The notes under the pieces were generated by a model. The model did no database searches and was not told the DNA's origin. It was given only the letters and a program-made list of their open reading frames with translations. Made by a program: the position numbers and the translations under genes. This document shows positions 1-14,500 of a stretch of 64,000 bases of DNA, one piece after another. The stretch's first letter is position 1, and each line of letters opens with the position of its first letter. The DNA is from Eledone cirrhosa (Eukaryota). Where the stretch lies: positions 20,708,001 to 20,772,000 of the forward strand of contig OZ024741.1 of NCBI GenBank assembly GCA_964016885.1, given 5' to 3'.

Positions 1-1439
1 AACCAATTAGATGGTGCAATTGGGGAATGAAGACCAGCTAAGACAACCAATTAGATGGTGGAACTTGGAGTGTGAAGACCAGCTCAGACAACCAATTAGA
101 TGGTGGAACTTGGGGAGTGAAGACCAGCTAAGACAACCAATTAGATGGTGGAACTTGGGGAGTGAAGACCAGCTAAGACAACCAATTAGATGGTGGAACT
201 TGGGGAGTGAAGACCAGCTAAGACAACCAATTAGATGGTGGAACTTGGGGTGTGGAGACCAGCTAAGACAACCAATTAGATGGTGGAACTTGGGGAGTGA
301 AGACCAGCTAAGACAACCAATTAGATTGTGGAACTTGGGGAGTGAAGACCTGCTAAGACAACCAATTAGATGGTGGAACTTGGGGAGTGAAGACCAGCTA
401 AGACAACAAATTAGATGGTGGAACTTGGGGTGTGGAGACCAGCTAAGACAACCAATTAGATGGTGGAACTTGGGGAGTGAAGACCAGCTAAGACAACCAA
501 TTAGATTGTGGAACTTGGGGAGTGAAGACCAGCTAAGACAACCAATTAGATGGTGGAACTTGGGGAGTGAAGACCAGCTAAGACAACCAATTAGATGGTG
601 GAACTTGGGGGCTGAAGACCAGCTAAGACAACCAATTAGATGGTGGAACTTGGGGACTGAAGTCCAGTTAAGACAACCAATTAGATGGTGGAACTTGGGG
701 AGTGAAGACCAGCTAAGACAACCAATTAGATTGTGGAACTTGGGGAGTGAAGACCAGCTAAGACAACCAATTAGATGGTGGAACTAGGAGAGTGAAGACC
801 AGCTAAGACAACCAATTAGATGGTGGAACTTGGGGACTGAAGTCCAGTTAAGACAACCAATGAGATGGTGGAGCCTGGAGAGTGAAGACCAGCTAAGACA
901 ACCAATTAGATGGTGGAGCCTGGAGAGTGAAGACCAGCTAAGACAACCAATTAGATGGTGGAACTTGGGGAGTGAAGACCAGCTAAGACAACCAATTAGA
1001 TGGTGGAACTTGGGGAGTGAAGACCAGATAAGACAACCAATTAGATGGTGGAACTTGGGGGCTGAAGACCAGCTAAGACAACCAATTAGATGTTGGAACT
1101 TGGGGAGTGAAGACCAGCTAAGACAACCAATTAGATCGTGGAACTTGGGGACTGAAGTCCAGTTAAGACAACCAATTAGATGGTGGAACTTGGGGAGTGA
1201 AGACCAGCTAAGACAACCAATTAGATGGTGGAACTTGGGGAGTGAAGACCAGCTAAGACAACCAATTAGATGGTGGAACTTGGGGAGTGAAGACCAGCTA
1301 AGACAACCAATTAGATCGTGGAACTTGGGGACTGAAGACCAGCTAAGACAACCAATTAGATGGTGGAGCCTGGAGAGTGAAGACCAGCTAAGACACCCAA
1401 TTAGATGGTGGAACTTGGGGTGTGGAGACCAGCTAAGAC
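1..1439. repeat. Short A-related higher-order unit (A0, 32 monomers)
   Basis: Starts with the A marker GGTGCAATTGGGGAATG (13) and shares A variants GGAGTGTGAAG/GCTCAG, AACTAGGAG and CCAATGAG. It lacks the AGAATGTGG-rich half seen in A1-A3. Confidence 0.75.
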
Positions 1440-4400
1440 AACCAATTAGATGGTGCAATTGGGGAATGAAGACCAGCTAAGACAACCAATTAGATGGTGG
1501 AACTTGGGGAGTGAAGACCAGCTAAGAGAACGAATTAGATGGTGGAACTTGGAGAGTGAAGACCAGCTAAGACAACCAATTAGATGGTGGAACTTGGAGT
1601 GTGAAGACCAGCTCAGACAACCAATTAGATGGTGGAACTTGGGGAGTGAAGACCCGCTAAGACAACCAATTAGATGGTGGAACTTGGGAGTGAAGACCAG
1701 CTAAGACAACCAATTAGATTGTGGAACTTGGGGAGTGAAGACCAGCTAAGACAACCAATTAGATGGTGGAACTTGGGGAGTGAAGACCAGCCAAGACAAC
1801 CAATTAGATGGTGGAACTTGGGGTGTGGAGACCAGCTAAGACAACCAATTAGATGGTGGAACTTGGGGAGTGGAGACCAGCTAAGACAATCAATTAGATT
1901 GTGGAACTTGGGGAGTGAAGACCAGCTAAGACAACCAATTAGATGGTGGAACTTGGGGAGTGAAGACCAGCTAAGACAACCAATTAGATGGTGGAACTTG
2001 GGGTGTGGAGACCAGCTAAGACAACCAATTAGATGGTGGAACTTGGGGAGTGAAGACCAGCTAAGACAACCAATTAGATTGTGGAACTTGGGGAGTGAAG
2101 ACCAGCTAAGACAACCAATTAGATGGTGGAACTTGGGGAGTGAAGACCAGCTAAGACAACCAATTAGATGGTGGAACTTGGGGTGTGGAGACCAGCTAAG
2201 ACAACCAATTAGATGGTGGAACTTGGGGAGTGAAGACCAGCTAAGACAACCAATTAGATGGTGGAACTTGGGGAGTGAAGACCAGCTAAGACAACCAATT
2301 AGATTGTGGAACTTGCGGAGTGAAGACCAGCTAAGACAACCAATTAGATGGTGGAACTAGGAGAGTGAAGACCAGCTACGACAACCAATTAGATGGTGGA
2401 ACTTGGGGACTGAAGTCCAGTTAAGACAACCAATGAGATGGTGGAGCCTGGAGAGTGAAGACCAGCTAAGACAACCAATTAGATGGTGGAGCCTGGAGAG
2501 TGAAGACCAGCTAAGACAACCAATTAGATGGTGGAACTTGGGGAGTGAAGACCAGCTAAGACAACCAATTAGATGGTGGAACTTAGGGAGTGAAGACCAG
2601 CTAATACAACCAATTAGATGGTGGAACTTGGGGAGTGAAGACCAGCTAAGACAACCAATTAGATGGTGGAACTTGGGGACTGAAGACCAGCTAAGACAAC
2701 CAATTAGAATGTGGAACTTGGGGAGTGAAGACGAGCTAAGAGAACCAATTAGATGGTGGAACTTGGGGAGTGAAGACCAGCTAAGACAACCAATTAGATG
2801 GTGGAACTTGGGGAGTGAAGACCAGCTAAGACAACCAATTAGAATGTGGAACTTGGGGAGTGAAGACCAGCTAAGAGAACCAATTAGATGGTGGAACTTG
2901 GGAGTGAAGACCAGCTAAGACAACCAATTAGATGGTGGAACTTGGGGAGTGAAGACCAGCTAAGACAACCAATTAGAATGTGGAACTTGGGGAGTGAAGA
3001 CCAGCTAAGAGAACCAATTAGATGGTGGAACTTGGGGACTGAAGACCAGCTAAGACAACCAATTAGATGGTGGAACTTGGGGAGTGAAGACCAGCTAAGA
3101 CAACCAATTAGATGGTGGAACTTGGGGAGTGAAGACCAGCTAAGACAACCAATTAGATGGTGGAACTTGGAGAGTAAAGACCAGCTAAGACAACCAATTA
3201 GATGGTGGAACTTGGGGAGTGAAGACCAGCTAAGACAACCAATTAGAATGTGGAACTTGGAGAGTGAAGACCAGCTAAGACAACCAATTAGATGGTGGAA
3301 CTTGGGGAGTGAAGACCAGCTAAGACAACCAATTAGAATGTGGAACTTGGGGAGTGAAGACCAGCTAAGAGAACCAATTAGATGGTGGAACTTGGGGACT
3401 GAAGACCAGCTAAGACAACCAATTAGATGGTGGAACTTGGGGAGTGAAGACCAGCTAAGACAACCAATTAGATGGTGGAACTTGGGGAGTGAAGACCAGC
3501 TAAGACAACCAATTAGATGGTGGAACTTGGGGACTGAAGACCAGCTAAGACAACCAATTAGAATGTGGAACTTGGGGAGTGAAGACGAGCTAAGAGAACC
3601 AATTAGATGGTGGAACTTGGGGAGTGAAGACCAGCTAAGACAACCAATTAGATGGTGGAACTTGGGGAGTGAAGACCAGCTAAGACAACCAATTAGAATG
3701 TGGAACTTGGGGAGTGAAGACCAGCTAAGAGAACCAATTAGATGGTGGAAGTTGGGAGTGAAGACCAGCTAAGACAACCAATTAGATGGTGGAACTTGGG
3801 GAGTGAAGACCAGCTAAGACAACCAATTAGAATGTGGAACTTGGGGAGTGAAGACCAGCTAAGAGAACCAATTAGATGGTGGAACTTGGGGACTGAAGAC
3901 CAGCTAAGACAACCAATTAGATGGTGGAACTTGGGGAGTGAAGACCAGCTAAGACAACCAATTAGATGGTGGAACTTGGGGAGTGAAGACCAGCTAAGAC
4001 AACCAATTAGATGGTGGAACTTGGAGAGTAAAGACCAGCTAAGACAACCAATTAGATGGTGGAACTTGGGGAGTGAAGACCAGCTAAGACAACCAATTAG
4101 AATGTGGAACTTGGAGAGTGAAGACCAGCTAAGACAACCAATTAGATGGTGGAACTTGGGGAGTGAAGACCAGCTAAGACAACCAATTAGAATGTGGAAC
4201 TTGGGGAGTGAAGACCAGCTAAGAGAACCAATTAGATGGTGGAACTTGGGGACTGAAGACCAGCTAAGACAACCAATTAGATGGTGGAACTTGGGGAGTG
4301 AAGACCAGCTAAGACAACCAATTAGATGGTGGAACTTGGGGAGTGAAGACCAGCTAAGAGAACCAATTAGATGGTGGAACTTGGGAGTGAAGACCAGCTA

Positions 4401-5433
4401 AGACAACCAATTAGATGATGGAATTGGGGAATGAAGACCAGCTAAGACAACCAATTAGAATGTGGAACTTGGGGAGTGAAGACCAGCTAAGAGAACCAAT
4501 TAGATGGTGGAACTTGGGGAGTGAAGACCAGCTGAGACAACCAATTAGATGGTGGAACTTGGGGACTGAAGACCAGCTAAGACAACCAATTAGATGGTGG
4601 AACTTGGGGAGTGAAGACCAGCTGAGACAACCGATTAGATGGTGGAACTTGGGAGTGAAGACCAGCTAAGACAACCAATTAGATGATGGAATTGGGGAAT
4701 GAAGACCAGCTAAGACAACCAATTAGAATGTGGAACTTGGGGAGTGAAGACCAGCTAAGAGAACCAATTAGATGGTGGAACTTGGGGAGTGAAGACCAGC
4801 TGATACAACCAATTAGATGGTGGAACTTGGGAGTGAAGACCAGCTAAGACAACCAATTAGATGATGGAATTGGGGAATGAAGACCAGCTAAGACAACCAA
4901 TTAGAATGTGGAACTTGGGGAGTGAAGACCAGCTGAGACAACCAATTAGATGTAGGAACTTGGGGACTGAAGACCAGCTAAGACAACCAATTAGATAGTG
5001 GAACTTGGGGAGTGAAGACCAGCTGAGACAACCAATTAGATGGTGGAACTTGGAGAGTGAAGACCAGATAAGACAACCAATTAGATGGTGGAACTTGGAG
5101 AGGGAAGACCAGATAAGACAACCAATTAGATGGTGGAACTTGGGGACTGAAGACCAGCTAAGACAACCAATTAGATGGTGGAACTTGGAGAGTGAAGACC
5201 AGCTAAGACAACCAATTAGATGGTGGAACTTGGGAGTGAAGACCAGCTAAGACAACCAATTAGATCGTGGAACTTGGGGACTGAAGACCAGCTAAGACAA
5301 CCAATTAGATGGTGGAGCCTGGAGAGTGAAGACCAGCTAAGACACCCAATTAGATGGTGGAGCCTGGAGAGTGAAGACCAGCTAAGACAACCAATTAGAT
5401 GGTGGAACTTGGGGTGTGGAGACCAGCTAAGAC
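1440..5433. repeat. Higher-order repeat family A, copy 1 (3994 bp, 89 monomers)
   Basis: Marker GGTGCAATTGGGGAATG at 1452 and 5446. ORF-track patterns recur at a constant 3994 offset (1450/5444, 1674/5668, 2403/6397, 2888/6882, 3742/7736). Confidence 0.93.
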
Positions 5434-8400
5434 AACCAATTAGATGGTGCAATTGGGGAATGAAGACCAGCTAAGACAACCAATTAGATGGTGGAACTTG
5501 GGGAGTGAAGACCAGCTAAGAGAACGAATTAGATGGTGGAACTTGGAGAGTGAAGACCAGCTAAGACAACCAATTAGATGGTGGAACTTGGAGTGTGAAG
5601 ACCAGCTCAGACAACCAATTAGATGGTGGAACTTGGGGAGTGAAGACCCGCTAAGACAACCAATTAGATGGTGGAACTTGGGAGTGAAGACCAGCTAAGA
5701 CAACCAATTAGATTGTGGAACTTGGGGAGTGAAGACCAGCTAAGACAACCAATTAGATGGTGGAACTTGGGGAGTGAAGACCAGCCAAGACAACCAATTA
5801 GATGGTGGAACTTGGGGTGTGGAGACCAGCTAAGACAACCAATTAGATGGTGGAACTTGGGGAGTGGAGACCAGCTAAGACAATCAATTAGATTGTGGAA
5901 CTTGGGGAGTGAAGACCAGCTAAGACAACCAATTAGATGGTGGAACTTGGGGAGTGAAGACCAGCTAAGACAACCAATTAGATGGTGGAACTTGGGGTGT
6001 GGAGACCAGCTAAGACAACCAATTAGATGGTGGAACTTGGGGAGTGAAGACCAGCTAAGACAACCAATTAGATTGTGGAACTTGGGGAGTGAAGACCAGC
6101 TAAGACAACCAATTAGATGGTGGAACTTGGGGAGTGAAGACCAGCTAAGACAACCAATTAGATGGTGGAACTTGGGGTGTGGAGACCAGCTAAGACAACC
6201 AATTAGATGGTGGAACTTGGGGAGTGAAGACCAGCTAAGACAACCAATTAGATGGTGGAACTTGGGGAGTGAAGACCAGCTAAGACAACCAATTAGATTG
6301 TGGAACTTGCGGAGTGAAGACCAGCTAAGACAACCAATTAGATGGTGGAACTAGGAGAGTGAAGACCAGCTACGACAACCAATTAGATGGTGGAACTTGG
6401 GGACTGAAGTCCAGTTAAGACAACCAATGAGATGGTGGAGCCTGGAGAGTGAAGACCAGCTAAGACAACCAATTAGATGGTGGAGCCTGGAGAGTGAAGA
6501 CCAGCTAAGACAACCAATTAGATGGTGGAACTTGGGGAGTGAAGACCAGCTAAGACAACCAATTAGATGGTGGAACTTGGGGAGTGAAGACCAGCTAATA
6601 CAACCAATTAGATGGTGGAACTTGGGGAGTGAAGACCAGCTAAGACAACCAATTAGATGGTGGAACTTGGGGACTGAAGACCAGCTAAGACAACCAATTA
6701 GAATGTGGAACTTGGGGAGTGAAGACGAGCTAAGAGAACCAATTAGATGGTGGAACTTGGGGAGTGAAGACCAGCTAAGACAACCAATTAGATGGTGGAA
6801 CTTGGGGAGTGAAGACCAGCTAAGACAACCAATTAGAATGTGGAACTTGGGGAGTGAAGACCAGCTAAGAGAACCAATTAGATGGTGGAACTTGGGAGTG
6901 AAGACCAGCTAAGACAACCAATTAGATGGTGGAACTTGGGGAGTGAAGACCAGCTAAGACAACCAATTAGAATGTGGAACTTGGGGAGTGAAGACCAGCT
7001 AAGAGAACCAATTAGATGGTGGAACTTGGGGACTGAAGACCAGCTAAGACAACCAATTAGATGGTGGAACTTGGGGAGTGAAGACCAGCTAAGACAACCA
7101 ATTAGATGGTGGAACTTGGGGAGTGAAGACCAGCTAAGACAACCAATTAGATGGTGGAACTTGGAGAGTAAATACCAGCTAAGACAACCAATTAGATGGT
7201 GGAACTTGGGGAGTGAAGACCAGCTAAGACAACCAATTAGAATGTGGAACTTGGAGAGTGAAGACCAGCTAAGACAACCAATTAGATGGTGGAACTTGGG
7301 GAGTGAAGACCAGCTAAGACAACCAATTAGAATGTGGAACTTGGGGAGTGAAGACCAGCTAAGAGAACCAATTAGATGGTGGAACTTGGGGACTGAAGAC
7401 CAGCTAAGACAACCAATTAGATGGTGGAACTTGGGGAGTGAAGACCAGCTAAGACAACCAATTAGATGGTGGAACTTGGGGAGTGAAGACCAGCTAAGAC
7501 AACCAATTAGATGGTGGAACTTGGGGACTGAAGACCAGCTAAGACAACCAATTAGAATGTGGAACTTGGGGAGTGAAGACGAGCTAAGAGAACCAATTAG
7601 ATGGTGGAACTTGGGGAGTGAAGACCAGCTAAGACAACCAATTAGATGGTGGAACTTGGGGAGTGAAGACCAGCTAAGACAACCAATTAGAATGTGGAAC
7701 TTGGGGAGTGAAGACCAGCTAAGAGAACCAATTAGATGGTGGAACTTGGGAGTGAAGACCAGCTAAGACAACCAATTAGATGGTGGAACTTGGGGAGTGA
7801 AGACCAGCTAAGACAACCAATTAGAATGTGGAACTTGGGGAGTGAAGACCAGCTAAGAGAACCAATTAGATGGTGGAACTTGGGGACTGAAGACCAGCTA
7901 AGACAACCAATTAGATGGTGGAACTTGGGGAGTGAAGACCAGCTAAGACAACCAATTAGATGGTGGAACTTGGGGAGTGAAGACCAGCTAAGACAACCAA
8001 TTAGATGGTGGAACTTGGAGAGTAAAGACCAGCTAAGACAACCAATTAGATGGTGGAACTTGGGGAGTGAAGACCAGCTAAGACAACCAATTAGAATGTG
8101 GAACTTGGAGAGTGAAGACCAGCTAAGACAACCAATTAGATGGTGGAACTTGGGGAGTGAAGACCAGCTAAGACAACCAATTAGAATGTGGAACTTGGGG
8201 AGTGAAGACCAGCTAAGAGAACCAATTAGATGGTGGAACTTGGGGACTGAAGACCAGCTAAGACAACCAATTAGATGGTGGAACTTGGGGAGTGAAGACC
8301 AGCTAAGACAACCAATTAGATGGTGGAACTTGGGGAGTGAAGACCAGCTAAGACAACCAATTAGATGGTGGAACTTGGAGAGTGAAGACCAGCTAAGACA

Positions 8401-11400
8401 ACCAATTAGATGGTGGAACTTGGGAGTGAAGACCAGCTAAGACAACCAATTAGATGGTGGAACTTGGGAGTGAAGACCAGCTAAGACAACCAATTAGATG
8501 GTGGACCTTGGGGAGTGAAGACCAGCTAAGACAACCAATTAGATGGTGGAACTTGGGGAGTGAAGACCAGCTAAGACAACCAATTAGAATGTGGAACTTG
8601 GGGAGTGAAGACCAGCTAAGAGAACCAATTAGATGGTGGAACTTGGGGACTGAAGACCAGCTAAGACAACCAATTAGATGGTGGAACTTGGGGAGTGAAG
8701 ACCAGCTAAGACAACCAATTAGATGGTGGAACTTCGGGAGTGAAGACCAGCTAAGACAACCAATTAGATGGTGGAACTTGGGGAGTGAAGACCAGCTAAG
8801 ACAACCAATTAGAATGTGGAACTTGGGGAGTGAAGACCAGCTAAGAGAACCAATTAGATGGTGGAACTTGGGAGTGAAGACCAGCTAAGACAACCAATTA
8901 GATGGTGGAACTTGGGGAGTGAAGACCAGCTAAGACAACCAATTAGATGGTGGAACTTGGGGAGTGAAGACCAGCTAAGACAACCAATTAGATGGTGGAA
9001 CTTGGGGAGTGAAGACCAGCTAAGACAACCAATTAGAATGTGGAACTTGGGGAGTGAAGACCAGCTAAGAGAACCAATTAGATGGTGGAACTTGGGGACT
9101 GAAGACCAGCTAAGACAACCAATTAGATGGTGGAACTTGGGGAGTGAAGACCAGCTAAGACAACCAATTAGATGGTGGAACTTGGGGAGTGAAGACCAGC
9201 TAAGACAACCAATTAGATGGTGGAACTTGGGGACTGAAGACCAGCTAAGACAACCAATTAGAATGTGGAACTTGGGGAGTGAAGACGAGCTAAGAGAACC
9301 AATTAGATGGTGGAACTTGGGGAGTGAAGACCAGCTAAGACAACCAATTAGATGGTGGAACTTGGGGAGTGAAGACCAGCTAAGACAACCAATTAGAATG
9401 TGGAACTTGGGGAGTGAAGACCAGCTAAGAGAACCAATTAGATGGTGGAACTTGGGAGTGAAGACCAGCTAAGACAACCAATTAGATGGTGGAACTTGGG
9501 GAGTGAAGACCAGCTAAGACAACCAATTAGAATGTGGAACTTGGGGAGTGAAGACCAGCTAAGAGAACCAATTAGATGGTGGAACTTGGGGACTGAAGAC
9601 CAGCTAAGACAACCAATTAGATGGTGGAACTTGGGGAGTGAAGACCAGCTAAGACAACCAATTAGATGGTGGAACTTGGGGAGTGAAGACCAGCTAAGAC
9701 AACCAATTAGATGGTGGAACTTGGAGAGTAAAGACCAGCTAAGACAACCAATTAGATGGTGGAACTTGGGGAGTGAAGACCAGCTAAGACAACCAATTAG
9801 AATGTGGAACTTGGAGAGTGAAGACCAGCTAAGACAACCAATTAGATGGTGGAACTTGGGGAGTGAAGACCAGCTAAGACAACCAATTAGAATGTGGAAC
9901 TTGGGGAGTGAAGACCAGCTAAGAGAACCAATTAGATGGTGGAACTTGGGGACTGAAGACCAGCTAAGACAACCAATTAGATGGTGGAACTTGGGGAGTG
10001 AAGACCAGCTAAGACAACCAATTAGATGGTGGAACTTGGGGAGTGAAGACCAGCTAAGACAACCAATTAGATGGTGGAACTTGGAGAGTGAAGACCAGCT
10101 AAGACAACCAATTAGATGGTGGAACTTGGGAGTGAAGACCAGCTAAGACAACCAATTAGATGGTGGAACTTGGGGAGTGAAGACCAGCTAAGACAACCAA
10201 TTAGAATGTGGAACTTGGGGAGTGAAGACCAGCTAAGAGAACCAATTAGATGGTGGAACTTGGGGACTGAAGACCAGCTAAGACAACCAATTAGATGGTG
10301 GAACTTGGGGAGTGAAGACCAGCTAAGACAACCAATTAGATGGTGGAACTTCGGGAGTGAAGACCAGCTAAGACAACCAATTAGATGGTGGAACTTGGGG
10401 AGTGAAGACCAGCTAAGACAACCAATTAGAATGTGGAACTTGGGGAGTGAAGACCAGCTAAGAGAACCAATTAGATGGTGGAACTTGGGAGTGAAGACCA
10501 GCTAAGACAACCAATTAGATGATGGAATTGGGGAATGAAGACCAGCTAAGACAACCAATTAGAATGTGGAACTTGGGGAGTGAAGACCAGCTAAGAGAAC
10601 CAATTAGATGGTGGAACTTGGGGAGTGAAGACCAGCTGAGACAACCAATTAGATGGTGGAACTTGGGGACTGAAGACCAGCTAAGACAACCAATTAGATG
10701 GTGGAACTTGGGGAGTGAAGACCAGCTGAGACAACCGATTAGATGGTGGAACTTGGGAGTGAAGACCAGCTAAGACAACCAATTAGATGATGGAATTGGG
10801 GAATGAAGACCAGCTAAGACAACCAATTAGAATGTGGAACTTGGGGAGTGAAGACCAGCTAAGAGAACCAATTAGATGGTGGAACTTGGGGAGTGAAGAC
10901 CAGCTGAGACAACCAATTAGATGGTGGAACTTGGGAGTGAAGACCAGCTAAGACAACCAATTAGATGATGGAATTGGGGAATGAAGACCAGCTAAGACAA
11001 CCAATTAGAATGTGGAACTTGGGGAGTGAAGACCAGCTGAGACAACCAATTAGATGTAGGAACTTGGGGACTGAAGACCAGCTAAGACAACCAATTAGAT
11101 AGTGGAACTTGGGGAGTGAAGACCAGCTGAGACAACCAATTAGATGGTGGAACTTGGAGAGTGAAGACCAGATAAGACAACCAATTAGATGGTGGAACTT
11201 GGAGAGGGAAGACCAGATAAGACAACCAATTAGATGGTGGAACTTGGGGACTGAAGACCAGCTAAGACAACCAATTAGATGGTGGAACTTGGAGAGTGAA
11301 GACCAGCTAAGACAACCAATTAGATGGTGGAACTTGGGAGTGAAGACCAGCTAAGACAACCAATTAGATCGTGGAACTTGGGGACTGAAGACCAGCTAAG

Positions 11401-11537
11401 ACAACCAATTAGATGGTGGAGCCTGGAGAGTGAAGACCAGCTAAGACACCCAATTAGATGGTGGAGCCTGGAGAGTGAAGACCAGCTAAGACAACCAATT
11501 AGATGGTGGAACTTGGGGTGTGGAGACCAGCTAAGAC
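5434..11537. repeat. Higher-order repeat family A, copy 2 (6104 bp, 136 monomers, internally expanded)
   Basis: Marker at 5446 and 11550. Constant 6104 offset (5444/11548, 5668/11772, 6397/12501, 6882/12986, 7736/13840, 5005/11109). Carries an extra block of about 1.7 kb (7736 vs 9442, offset 1706). Confidence 0.93.
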
Positions 11538-14500
11538 AACCAATTAGATGGTGCAATTGGGGAATGAAGACCAGCTAAGACAACCAATTAGATGGTGGAA
11601 CTTGGGGAGTGAAGACCAGCTAAGAGAACGAATTAGATGGTGGAACTTGGAGAGTGAAGACCAGCTAAGACAACCAATTAGATGGTGGAACTTGGAGTGT
11701 GAAGACCAGCTCAGACAACCAATTAGATGGTGGAACTTGGGGAGTGAAGACCCGCTAAGACAACCAATTAGATGGTGGAACTTGGGAGTGAAGACCAGCT
11801 AAGACAACCAATTAGATTGTGGAACTTGGGGAGTGAAGACCAGCTAAGACAACCAATTAGATGGTGGAACTTGGGGAGTGAAGACCAGCCAAGACAACCA
11901 ATTAGATGGTGGAACTTGGGGTGTGGAGACCAGCTAAGACAACCAATTAGATGGTGGAACTTGGGGAGTGGAGACCAGCTAAGACAATCAATTAGATTGT
12001 GGAACTTGGGGAGTGAAGACCAGCTAAGACAACCAATTAGATGGTGGAACTTGGGGAGTGAAGACCAGCTAAGACAACCAATTAGATGGTGGAACTTGGG
12101 GTGTGGAGACCAGCTAAGACAACCAATTAGATGGTGGAACTTGGGGAGTGAAGACCAGCTAAGACAACCAATTAGATTGTGGAACTTGGGGAGTGAAGAC
12201 CAGCTAAGACAACCAATTAGATGGTGGAACTTGGGGAGTGAAGACCAGCTAAGACAACCAATTAGATGGTGGAACTTGGGGTGTGGAGACCAGCTAAGAC
12301 AACCAATTAGATGGTGGAACTTGGGGAGTGAAGACCAGCTAAGACAACCAATTAGATGGTGGAACTTGGGGAGTGAAGACCAGCTAAGACAACCAATTAG
12401 ATTGTGGAACTTGCGGAGTGAAGACCAGCTAAGACAACCAATTAGATGGTGGAACTAGGAGAGTGAAGACCAGCTACGACAACCAATTAGATGGTGGAAC
12501 TTGGGGACTGAAGTCCAGTTAAGACAACCAATGAGATGGTGGAGCCTGGAGAGTGAAGACCAGCTAAGACAACCAATTAGATGGTGGAGCCTGGAGAGTG
12601 AAGACCAGCTAAGACAACCAATTAGATGGTGGAACTTGGGGAGTGAAGACCAGCTAAGACAACCAATTAGATGGTGGAACTTGGGGAGTGAAGACCAGCT
12701 AATACAACCAATTAGATGGTGGAACTTGGGGAGTGAAGACCAGCTAAGACAACCAATTAGATGGTGGAACTTGGGGACTGAAGACCAGCTAAGACAACCA
12801 ATTAGAATGTGGAACTTGGGGAGTGAAGACGAGCTAAGAGAACCAATTAGATGGTGGAACTTGGGGAGTGAAGACCAGCTAAGACAACCAATTAGATGGT
12901 GGAACTTGGGGAGTGAAGACCAGCTAAGACAACCAATTAGAATGTGGAACTTGGGGAGTGAAGACCAGCTAAGAGAACCAATTAGATGGTGGAACTTGGG
13001 AGTGAAGACCAGCTAAGACAACCAATTAGATGGTGGAACTTGGGGAGTGAAGACCAGCTAAGACAACCAATTAGAATGTGGAACTTGGGGAGTGAAGACC
13101 AGCTAAGAGAACCAATTAGATGGTGGAACTTGGGGACTGAAGACCAGCTAAGACAACCAATTAGATGGTGGAACTTGGGGAGTGAAGACCAGCTAAGACA
13201 ACCAATTAGATGGTGGAACTTGGGGAGTGAAGACCAGCTAAGACAACCAATTAGATGGTGGAACTTGGAGAGTAAAGACCAGCTAAGACAACCAATTAGA
13301 TGGTGGAACTTGGGGAGTGAAGACCAGCTAAGACAACCAATTAGAATGTGGAACTTGGAGAGTGAAGACCAGCTAAGACAACCAATTAGATGGTGGAACT
13401 TGGGGAGTGAAGACCAGCTAAGACAACCAATTAGAATGTGGAACTTGGGGAGTGAAGACCAGCTAAGAGAACCAATTAGATGGTGGAACTTGGGGACTGA
13501 AGACCAGCTAAGACAACCAATTAGATGGTGGAACTTGGGGAGTGAAGACCAGCTAAGACAACCAATTAGATGGTGGAACTTGGGGAGTGAAGACCAGCTA
13601 AGACAACCAATTAGATGGTGGAACTTGGGGACTGAAGACCAGCTAAGACAACCAATTAGAATGTGGAACTTGGGGAGTGAAGACGAGCTAAGAGAACCAA
13701 TTAGATGGTGGAACTTGGGGAGTGAAGACCAGCTAAGACAACCAATTAGATGGTGGAACTTGGGGAGTGAAGACCAGCTAAGACAACCAATTAGAATGTG
13801 GAACTTGGGGAGTGAAGACCAGCTAAGAGAACCAATTAGATGGTGGAACTTGGGAGTGAAGACCAGCTAAGACAACCAATTAGATGGTGGAACTTGGGGA
13901 GTGAAGACCAGCTAAGACAACCAATTAGAATGTGGAACTTGGGGAGTGAAGACCAGCTAAGAGAACCAATTAGATGGTGGAACTTGGGGACTGAAGACCA
14001 GCTAAGACAACCAATTAGATGGTGGAACTTGGGGAGTGAAGACCAGCTAAGACAACCAATTAGATGGTGGAACTTGGGGAGTGAAGACCAGCTAAGACAA
14101 CCAATTAGATGGTGGAACTTGGAGAGTAAAGACCAGCTAAGACAACCAATTAGATGGTGGAACTTGGGGAGTGAAGACCAGCTAAGACAACCAATTAGAA
14201 TGTGGAACTTGGAGAGTGAAGACCAGCTAAGACAACCAATTAGATGGTGGAACTTGGGGAGTGAAGACCAGCTAAGACAACCAATTAGAATGTGGAACTT
14301 GGGGAGTGAAGACCAGCTAAGAGAACCAATTAGATGGTGGAACTTGGGGACTGAAGACCAGCTAAGACAACCAATTAGATGGTGGAACTTGGGGAGTGAA
14401 GACCAGCTAAGACAACCAATTAGATGGTGGAACTTGGGGAGTGAAGACCAGCTAAGACAACCAATTAGATGGTGGAACTTGGAGAGTGAAGACCAGCTAA

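Noticed and set aside
1-45. Hairpin potential in the monomer (ACCA-ATTAGA-TGGT; CCAA...TTGG)
   Set aside because: Stems of only 4 bp are expected by chance, and I saw no compensatory changes among variants.
76-94. Internal 10-bp subrepeat AAGACCAGCT / AAGACAACCA as the origin of the monomer
   Set aside because: Only 7/10 identity over two units and it does not extend around the rest of the 45-mer, so it is too weak to support.
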